A stretch of DNA of 64,000 nt from an uncultured Prevotella sp. GTDB taxonomy: Bacteria > Bacteroidota > Bacteroidia > Bacteroidales > Bacteroidaceae. A program made the translations under genes and the position numbers. Every line of letters begins with the position of its first letter. Position 1 is the stretch's first letter. Below the pieces are notes generated by a model. That model saw only the letters and a program-made list of their open reading frames with translations, was not told the DNA's origin and searched no databases. The stretch covers positions 866,263-930,262 of the forward strand of contig CAKAIJ010000003.1 in the NCBI GenBank assembly GCA_916440255.1, given 5' to 3'. Below are positions 56,621-64,000 of this stretch, piece after piece.

Positions 56621-57751
56621 ATGCTACGAAAAACGTTTTTCATCATTGCCATGTGCTTGGTAGGACTGAGTGCATGGAGTATGGGAGTAGGGAATAAGGT
56701 ACGTGTGGGTGTTTTCCAAGGTAATGGCGGTGCACAAACGTGTATTTGGGAGACGATTGCATCCATACAATTGGATCCTGATATGACGGTCCGAACTATC
56801 ACTACGGGTGATATTGCGAATGGCGTTTTGAAGGATTTGGATGCTATCATTATCCCAGGAGGTGAGGGAGCGACACAGTATATGAATCTTGGAGAGGAAA
56901 ACATGGAACGAATAAGAAACTTTATTCGTTCAGGAAAAGGTGCTGTGGGTATCTGTGCTGGTGCCTATCTCTTTACAGACACACCAGGATATGCTTGTAT
57001 GCACATTAATGGTGGAAAGGCAATTGATATTGAGCATGATAATCGTGGACATGGAATATCAGCCTTCTCCCTCACGGCAGAAGGTAAAAAACTATTCCCT
57101 GAGCTTGCTAAGCGTGATAAGTCATACGTCATGTATTACGAAGGTCCTGTCCTTGTAAAGAGTGACAATATTCCACTTCCTTACACGACTATGGCGATAA
57201 TGGAAACCGATGTGCATGAAGAGGGTAATGCCCCAGCTAACATGACGAATAATCGACCTTTCTTTATCGCCAATGAATATGGGAAAGGACGTGTCTTTAG
57301 TAGTATCTCGCACCCAGAGGCAACACCAGGAATGATGTGGATGATACCACGCATGGTGCGTTGGACCTTACGCATGCCAGTCGTAGCATATTCGAAGCGA
57401 GTCGTTAATCCCGATTTATACAATCGTGAGATTCTCATGACGAAAGATGATTTGAGAAAGGAACGTGGATATTATAGAACATTCTTATATGGTTCGCCTA
57501 ATGAGAAGATAGCTGCACTCGACTGGTTACAGGCATGTCGGTCATGGGATGCTAAGCGTTGGGTGCAAGGCTTACTCTTTGACAATAGTCCTGCGGTAAG
57601 AGAACGTGCAGCTCGCTTTATTGCTGAGACTGACTATCTTCCCTTCTTATCTGACTTAGAAGCGGCATGTCGGGTAGAACGTGATGAGCAAACGAAACAA
57701 AGTATGATGAGGCACTTTGAGCATCTGAAAGCATTATTGCCACATAAATAA
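56621..57751 (+). CDS. Exported class I glutamine amidotransferase-like (BPL-N) protein with C-terminal HEAT-like repeat
   Basis: IIPGG, GICAGAY nucleophile elbow, HPE; signal peptide. Confidence 0.75.
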   Translation: MLRKTFFIIAMCLVGLSAWSMGVGNKVRVGVFQGNGGAQTCIWETIASIQLDPDMTVRTITTGDIANGVLKDLDAIIIPGGEGATQYMNLGEENMERIRNFIRSGKGAVGICAGAYLFTDTPGYACMHINGGKAIDIEHDNRGHGISAFSLTAEGKKLFPELAKRDKSYVMYYEGPVLVKSDNIPLPYTTMAIMETDVHEEGNAPANMTNNRPFFIANEYGKGRVFSSISHPEATPGMMWMIPRMVRWTLRMPVVAYSKRVVNPDLYNREILMTKDDLRKERGYYRTFLYGSPNEKIAALDWLQACRSWDAKRWVQGLLFDNSPAVRERAARFIAETDYLPFLSDLEAACRVERDEQTKQSMMRHFEHLKALLPHK

Positions 57752-57835
57752 CCCTCATCTTGTAGAGTCTATTATAGGGTGGAAATGGATTAGACTTGGG
57801 CACTGTTTTGATAGAGAACTAACTCAAAAACAAAT

Positions 57836-57921
57836 TTTCCTGTCATTCTTGTCACTCAAAGTGACAGGTTAATGCGTTGAGAGACAGTGCTGTTATACGA
57901 AATGTTAAATGTGACAGCAAA
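57836..57921 (-). repeat. ~86-bp TGTCA/TGACA dispersed repeat, copy 4
   Basis: TTTCCTGTCATTCTTGTCA...TGTTAAATGTGACAGCAAA. Confidence 0.75.
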
Positions 57922-58033
57922 ACGAAATAAAACTTATTATGGTAATAGGGGGGGTAATAAGTTCTTCTCGTTTCAGTAGTTTTTTTCTCCGATTTTAGGA
58001 AGAGTCAGATATTAGTTCGATGATGATAGAATT

Positions 58034-58073
58034 AAAAAAGGCAGCATCAAAGCTTAATTTGATACTGCCTTTT
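58034..58073. terminator. Bidirectional intrinsic terminator (probably the pre-integration tmRNA terminator)
   Basis: AAAAAGGCAGCATCAAA..TTTGATACTGCCTTTT. Confidence 0.65.
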
Positions 58074-58522
58074 AATTTTTAGAGAATCCCTTTTAGGATA
58101 AAAAAGTGGACCTGGTGGTAAATGAACTTACCTATATCAGTCCTTGATATTCAGAAATTTAGCCGAACCTCAATTTTTACTGTAGCCAATCTGTAGCCAT
58201 TTCAGATATTTTTGAGAGAACGCACAGAAGTTGCATAGACTTCTTGTTTTCGGGTTCAAAGTTACAAAAAGATGATACATCTTCCAAATGTTTGAGTAAA
58301 AATGTTTTAGAAAGCTTGTGGCTACAATTTTTTAGTGCACGGTGCAAGACCTATCTATATATAGGCTTGCACCGTGCACTGAAGAGCCTTGCCACATGTG
58401 ATATACAGCTGATAATCAATATATAAAATGGTATTATATTACCAGACAATGGTATTTTGATATTCTGTTAAAAGCTCATTTCATTAGGAACTTTGCAGCC
58501 ATAATCATTATAGTCCAGTATT

Positions 58523-59002
58523 ATGGCAAACAAAAACAGCAACTCAGAACTAAAGGGGCACCTGTACATCGGTTGTCCTACGCTTGAAACTTTAGCCCTT
58601 TCATGCGTCAATGCAAAAGATGCTGCTCATGCAAGTAGTATCGAGTATTCAAATTTTCTAAAGGCTTGCAAGATGGGAAAAGACATCAGGCTCAGCACAT
58701 ATCGGAAATGTGCGGCAGGTTTGGGAAAAGAAGTTCTAATTCTCCATCTGCCTTTGGGAACCATAGAGTCTATGACCAAGCCAAAAGCCCATGTGGAGAA
58801 TCTTTATGAAACTATTGAACAGGATGAACTTATCAAGGTTTTGATGAAGGTTATGCCAAGTGAGGGAATGAAGATAGTGAATTTCATGGAGGAATTCAAG
58901 GGGCATCTAACAAGGCACGATAAAGAGAACCTGATGAAACCCTTCCTGTCAGCTATTGTAGAACTTTGCCAAAACTTACTTAATGATGATGGAAAACCAT
59001 GA
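58523..59002 (+). CDS. Putative XRE-like HTH regulator
   Basis: DAAHASSIEYSNF....GKDIRLSTYRKCAAGLG resembles an XRE HTH; weak call. Confidence 0.55.
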   Translation: MANKNSNSELKGHLYIGCPTLETLALSCVNAKDAAHASSIEYSNFLKACKMGKDIRLSTYRKCAAGLGKEVLILHLPLGTIESMTKPKAHVENLYETIEQDELIKVLMKVMPSEGMKIVNFMEEFKGHLTRHDKENLMKPFLSAIVELCQNLLNDDGKP

Positions 59003-59381
59003 AACACGCTCCCTAATGAATGAGCTTCAAACTCTTCGCGAAGAGTTCAGGCAGATAGCCTGCTTTATCAGAGAGCTAAAGCGTGACTACTCTGTATTAG
59101 AAGAGAAGATAGAGTTAAGTACGGCAGATGTCTTGCATCTACTTGGTATATCGAAAGCTTCACTTGCCAGATGGCGGGAAGCTAACTCTATTCCTTATCG
59201 GTATGTATCAACTAATCATGTAGTCTATCCATTCAAGGGACTCTACCTTTCGGTAAAGACAGGCAGGGCTACATTCAAAGGCTTTCGCCGCTTGGAGGCA
59301 TTACAACGTCTGAACGCCTACAAAGATGGTGTCCTTAAAGGCTACATGGGGGATTCTCAAACCTTATTTGAAGAGCTATGA
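58983..59381 (+). CDS. HTH_17 / MerR-like DNA-binding protein
   Basis: LSTADVLHLLGISKASLARWR..NSIPY. Confidence 0.8.
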   Translation: MMMENHETRSLMNELQTLREEFRQIACFIRELKRDYSVLEEKIELSTADVLHLLGISKASLARWREANSIPYRYVSTNHVVYPFKGLYLSVKTGRATFKGFRRLEALQRLNAYKDGVLKGYMGDSQTLFEEL

Positions 59382-61443
59382 ATATCAAAGAAGAAATACT
59401 AAGTCGGACTAACAAGGGACTGGAAGTATTCTGTTTCTACATGCCCATCAACTTTGTACCCAAGCGTAACTTCCGCAATCCATTGTATGACGACAGACGT
59501 GCATCGTGCAATATCTATCTCGACAATAAGTCAGGCTGCTACCGCATGAAAGATTTTGGAAATGATGCCTACTCAGGTGATTGTTTCTGGTTTGCAGCAA
59601 CTATGCTCGGGTTGGACGTGAGAAAAGATTTTATGAATGTTCTTGAAACAATCATCAGAGATTTACAACTCAATATTAGTTTTGAAGAAAGAAAAGAATA
59701 CGGTAATCAGCGACCTGTCTTAAAAAAAACTTCAAAGCAGCCTATATTACCTCCACCCGACCTTAATACTTCCATGACAAACGAGAAGTGGTTTACATAT
59801 ATTGAGCAGCCCCTTGGAGAAGAGGAACGAATTTTTTGGCGACGATACGGCATTGATGCCAGGACTTTGCAACGCTTCCATGTGAAATCATTAGCACGCT
59901 ATGAATCCATTTCAAGACAAGGCAAGCAATTCTCACTTGTTTCTACGCAAGAGGAGCCTATGTTTGCCTATTGCCTTGGCAGGTTTGTGAAAGTTTATCG
60001 TCCCAATAGTAAATTGCGCTTCCTCTATGGAGGCAAGGAGGTGGATGACTATGTGTTTGGTTTTGAGCAGTTGCCCTGCAAAGGCGATATGATATTCATT
60101 ACGGGGGGAGAGAAGGATGTGCTTTCACTCTCGGCTCATGGATTCAATGCCATCTGTTTCAACAGCGAGACAGCACATATACCAGAGAATATCATTGAGG
60201 GACTATTGCTCCGTTTTCGACATCTAATCATATTGTATGATACGGATGAAACAGGACTAAGAGAAACTAAACGACAAGTCGAAGCTCTATCCAAGTTTAA
60301 GGTGCTTCACTTAACATTGCCCTTACAAGGCACAAAAACAGAAAAGGATATTTCCGATTACTTTGCCTTAGGCAATGGTTCGGAAGGTTTAAAGGCACTG
60401 CTTTCTGATATGTTTACCCAAATGTATGCGCAGACGATGATGATATTGCAATCTTGTGAAATAGACTATGACAATCCTCCCGATGCCTCGAAGTCGGTGG
60501 TAGCAGTAAACGGCGTACCCCTCGGTACACAGGATAATCTGTTCTGCATCACTGGCGGAGAAGGAACAGGCAAAGCAACTACATTGCTGCCATTCTTGCC
60601 GGTACTCTTGGTGCAGAACGCTTACAACCAGAACAAACTTTGGGATTGGAGGTAACCGCCAACCCCAAAGGATTAGCTGTACTCCATTACGATACAGAGC
60701 AATCAGAAGCACAGTTGCATAAGAATTTGGGGAAGACACTTCGTCGGGCAGGAGTCACGTCTGTACCAGAGTTCTACCATTCTCTTTATTTGGCTTCACT
60801 TTCTCGTAAAGATAGATTGAAAATTATTCATGAGAGTATGGACTTGTTTCACCATAAGCACGGAGGAATACATCTTGTGGTAATTGACGGCATTGCAGAC
60901 TTGATACGATCTGCCAATGACGAAACGGAGAGTATAGCCATTGTGGATGAACTCTATCGTTTGGCAGGAATTTATAATACTTGCATCATCTGTGTGCTCC
61001 ATTTTGTCCCTAACGGTATTAAGTTGCGTGGACATATTGGTTCCGAATTACAGCGCAAGGCAGCAGGTATTCTCTCCATAGAGAAAGACGATAACCCTGA
61101 ATATTCGGTTGTAAAAGCTCTGAAGGTGCGTGACGGCAGTCCGCTCGATGTGCCGATGATGCTTTTCGGCTGGGACAAAGATGCGGATATGCACGTCTAT
61201 CGTGGAGAGAAGTCGAAAGAGGATAAAGAAAAGCGTAAGACGGATGAACTTTTGGCTGTTGTAAAATCAGCTTTCCATACCAAGCTAAGACTCTCATATC
61301 AAGAACTATGTGACGTATTGATGCGTGAAATGGAAATCAAAGACCGAACAGCAAAGAAGTACATTGCCTATATGAAAGAGCAGTGTATATTGTCGCAGGA
61401 CGCAAGTGGTAACTATCAAAAGGGTGAGCTATGCCATACTTAG
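59378..61443 (+). CDS. Fused Toprim primase / RecA-type (AAA_25-like) helicase (frameshift in Walker A near 60573)
   Basis: ITGGEKD, YDTDETG, KDISDY (Toprim); [32 protein letters not shown] (helicase). Confidence 0.85.
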
Positions 61444-61739
61444 AACAGACAACAGAGAACGATTGGTGCAAGCGATTGTTTGACAGCTTGAGAACTGTCG
61501 AGAGCAAACTCGACCAACTGCTTGTGATGAAAGAGCAATCTGTTGACACAACTATTCATCCGCCTCTTAAACCAGAGTATCTTGACATAATCGACGTGTC
61601 GAAGATTCTCAAAGTAGAGCAGAAAACCATTTACAATTGGGTATGGGCAGGAAAGATCCCATATCTCAAAGCGAATGGTAGACTGCTGTTTCTTCGTGAC
61701 GAGATAGACGATATGCTTCATAAACGAGAATGTTGGTGA
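61431..61739 (+). CDS. Excisionase-like HTH_17 protein
   Basis: [34 protein letters not shown]. Confidence 0.82.
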   Translation: MPYLEQTTENDWCKRLFDSLRTVESKLDQLLVMKEQSVDTTIHPPLKPEYLDIIDVSKILKVEQKTIYNWVWAGKIPYLKANGRLLFLRDEIDDMLHKRECW

Positions 61740-61936
61740 TCAACAAGCAATTTGTTTATTGCCGAATTCTAACTTATGGCACATCTTAAAATAGACATGA
61801 ATATGAAGAAGGTAGTTAAATTTTAGGACAGTAAATCAACTATTAGTTTATTTATAGGGATTATTTCAACCAATAAGCTATTATTTGAAATGATTTGCTT
61901 ATCTTTGCGGTTGGAATAAATACAAGCAAGTAAACT

Positions 61937-62701
61937 ATGAGTGTATCTACAGGTAACAAAATCAACCAAATGCTCCAATTAGGACAAAAAAACGGATTGT
62001 TGTTTGCTCAATGGCTAACAGGACGAGGATATTCCAGTCAGCTATTGAAAAGATATCGCATATCGGGATGGTTAACACCTCTATGTAGAGGTGTAATGTA
62101 CCGTACTGGAGATAACCTATCTGCCTATGGTGCATTGCAGTCGTTTAATGAACAGTTAGGAAAGAAGTTCCGTATAGCTGCTCATTCTGCATTAGAGTTA
62201 TGGGGCTTCAATCATTATGTGCCAATGGGTAAACCATTGCTAATGATAGCTGCTGTCAATGAGAAAATGCCCCAGTGGATGAAGCTTGACGTATTCGACC
62301 GTGAGTTTCATTTTTTCAAAACCGACGCATTTATGCAAGCACAAGTAACGACTTTGTCTTATTTGGATTGGAATTTACTCATATCTACTCCAGAACAGGC
62401 TTTTATGGAATGTTTGTTACTATCACCACGGCAATACAACTACATGGACTTGTACTATGTGATGGAGCAGCTAACAACTTTACGTTCAGAGGTTGTTCAA
62501 TTATTATTGGAAACAACCAAGAATTATAAGATGAAGCGTCTATTTTTATATATGGCTGAAAAAGCAAACCATTATTGGTTTGAAGAATTGGACTTGTCTA
62601 AGATAAATGTGGGAACAACAAAATTGCAATTGGTAAAGTCGGGGGTGTATCTCAGTAAGTATAAAATGACAATCCCAAAAGAATTGAACGACTATGAATA
62701 A
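61937..62701 (+). CDS. abiEi: Type IV TA antitoxin AbiEi
   Basis: N-terminal winged HTH (WL...GYS..LLKRY..SGWL....RGV), SALELWG..HY, STPEQAFMECL, KRLFLYMAE. Confidence 0.85.
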   Translation: MSVSTGNKINQMLQLGQKNGLLFAQWLTGRGYSSQLLKRYRISGWLTPLCRGVMYRTGDNLSAYGALQSFNEQLGKKFRIAAHSALELWGFNHYVPMGKPLLMIAAVNEKMPQWMKLDVFDREFHFFKTDAFMQAQVTTLSYLDWNLLISTPEQAFMECLLLSPRQYNYMDLYYVMEQLTTLRSEVVQLLLETTKNYKMKRLFLYMAEKANHYWFEELDLSKINVGTTKLQLVKSGVYLSKYKMTIPKELNDYE

Positions 62702-63599
62702 TCTTCAGTACAAAAATCAGGTGGCACTATTGGTACGCATCATGCCCTTGGTGTATAGAATCAAAGATTTTGCCGTGCATGGTGGAACGGCTATCAACTT
62801 GTTTCATCAGAATATACCACGATATTCCGTGGATATAGATCTTACCTATATACCCTTGGAGGCACGTTCAACTAGTTTGGCGCATATCAATCTGCACCTT
62901 CAAGATTTGAAAACGAGTATCGAACGGGCTGTACCAGGAATACATGTGGTACATAAAGTGGATGTGTGGAAACTGCAATGCACATACAATGGCACTACGG
63001 TGAAAATCGAAGTGAATGCCACCAAACGTGGCATACTCGGTGAAGCGGAAGTAATGGACCTCTGTCCAAAGGCGCGAAAAGAGTTTCAAGCTAACTGCAA
63101 GGCACGCATCGTACCTTATTCACAGCTATATGGTGGTAAGATAGCTGCAGCTCTCAGTCGCCAGCACCCACGTGATTTGTTTGATTGCAAGTACATGAAA
63201 GACGAAACATTGGATGGAGTGAAGGACGGTTTATTTCTGTGTTTGCTGGGAAGTGACAAGCCCATCATAGAATCACTTTGCCCTAATGATATTAATCAGG
63301 AGGAGGCTCTTGAGCATCAATTCAAGGGAATGACCGATATTCCTTTCACATACAAGGATTATGAGTCCTCGCGTAACGACATTATCATAAAGGTAAATGC
63401 CTGCCTTACCGATGAGGACAAAGACTTCATCATTACTTTTGAAGAAGGCTCCCCGCAATGGGAACTATGTTGTGCTGGTGATTTGAGCAAATACCCATCC
63501 GTACAGTGGAAACTGCTCAATATCGAGAAACTAAAAAAGCAAAATCAAAAGAAGTTTCAAGAAGGAATTGATAAACTCAAAACTTTTTTGAAAAAATGA
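62694..63599 (+). CDS. abiEii: Type IV TA toxin AbiEii (nucleotidyltransferase)
   Basis: GGTAINLF, RYSVDIDL, KIEVN, GKIAAALSRQHPRDLFD; overlaps abiEi stop. Confidence 0.9.
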   Translation: MNNLQYKNQVALLVRIMPLVYRIKDFAVHGGTAINLFHQNIPRYSVDIDLTYIPLEARSTSLAHINLHLQDLKTSIERAVPGIHVVHKVDVWKLQCTYNGTTVKIEVNATKRGILGEAEVMDLCPKARKEFQANCKARIVPYSQLYGGKIAAALSRQHPRDLFDCKYMKDETLDGVKDGLFLCLLGSDKPIIESLCPNDINQEEALEHQFKGMTDIPFTYKDYESSRNDIIIKVNACLTDEDKDFIITFEEGSPQWELCCAGDLSKYPSVQWKLLNIEKLKKQNQKKFQEGIDKLKTFLKK

Positions 63600-63784
63600 T
63601 GTAGGTATAATCCGAATATAAACACTACCTTTGCAACGTAAATAGTGCCGATAAGGACTTTTGTCGCTTTATTAGCACTCTAAAAAGGGGAAATGGGGCT
63701 GTGTACTTTGTCGGTACAGTCTCTTTTTCGGTGTATTAAAACATCAAAATCTTATGGATCTCAGAGAGTAGAACACAATAAGAA

Positions 63785-63824
63785 AGAAGACTATCAGCTG
63801 CTTAAAAACAACTAATAGTCTTCT
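63785..63824 (-). terminator. Terminator hairpin immediately downstream of tmRNA
   Basis: Minus strand AGAAGACTATTAGTTG..CAGCTGATAGTCTTCT followed by a T-rich tract. Confidence 0.7.
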
Positions 63825-63831
63825 CTTTTAG

Positions 63832-64000
63832 TGGACTTGCGGAGAGTCGAACTCCGGTCCGCACAAGGAAACCATATGCTTTCTACATGCTTATTTCAGC
63901 CTCCTGTTTTCGAGTGTTGGCAAGACCTGAACCACCAACCAACACCTTATCCTCTAAATCTCATCTATGCATCGAGGCATACACAAACTATTTCCGATTT
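63832..64000 (-). ncRNA. ssrA: tmRNA, 3' portion (continues beyond window)
   Basis: Minus strand ...TAAGCATGTAGAAAGCATATG...GGACCGGAGTTCGACTCTCCGCAAGTCCA: T-arm and Ala-type acceptor 3' strand, with no tRNA D/anticodon arms upstream. Confidence 0.85.

Larger units (their letters stand above)
58105..63839. mobile_element. Genomic island at tmRNA 3' end (primase-helicase + AbiE), no integrase within boundaries
   Basis: AGTGGAC(C/T)TG at 58105-58114 and 63830-63839 (tmRNA end); CTGTAGCCA repeats near the distal end; mobile-element gene content. Confidence 0.7.

Noticed and set aside
58105..58132. Second tRNA gene
   Set aside because: Only a T-arm/acceptor-like fragment with no D or anticodon arm; treated as an att remnant
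58523..63599. Prophage or conjugative transposon
   Set aside because: No structural, lysis, tra or relaxase genes
63832..63870. tRNA-Ala
   Set aside because: Upstream sequence lacks a cloverleaf and matches tmRNA-style 3' features

Overview
This 64-kb window is from a Bacteroidota chromosome, most likely Prevotella/Prevotellaceae. The evidence is SusC/SusD genes, TAnnTTTG promoter motifs, a T9SS-type cargo protein and the gene order. Most of it is core genome: susC/susD, pepC, cdsA-ftsH-rsfS, tRNA-Gln, corA, the menI-F-D-B-C-E menaquinone cluster, lysS-gpsA-pgi, rsgA, frr, rsmA, pepD, hslR-pth-rplY, nusB-yajC-ybbR-coaE, ric/Crp-Fnr regulator, tRNA-His, yhhQ-queF and the 3' part of tmRNA. About 20 genes, several essential, are split by 1-bp indels, often in short homopolymers, which points to sequencing error. 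Accessory or unexplained structure includes: (1) an IS4-family element with 18-bp IRs and a 9-bp TSD inserted inside a hairpin; (2) an ISL3 with 28-bp IRs and an 8-bp TSD disrupting a hypothetical gene; (3) a GxxExxY nuclease-fold gene bracketed by 38-bp inverted repeats inside the men operon; (4) a ~5.7-kb island at the tmRNA 3' end with HTH proteins, a primase-helicase fusion, a long palindrome and AbiEi/AbiEii but no integrase; (5) a candidate 11-aa leader peptide plus hairpin upstream of corA; (6) a preQ1-I riboswitch overlapping an SD-less start region; and (7) several dispersed intergenic repeat families, including a REP-flanked 36/30-bp tandem array. All calls are by eye and no database searches were run.
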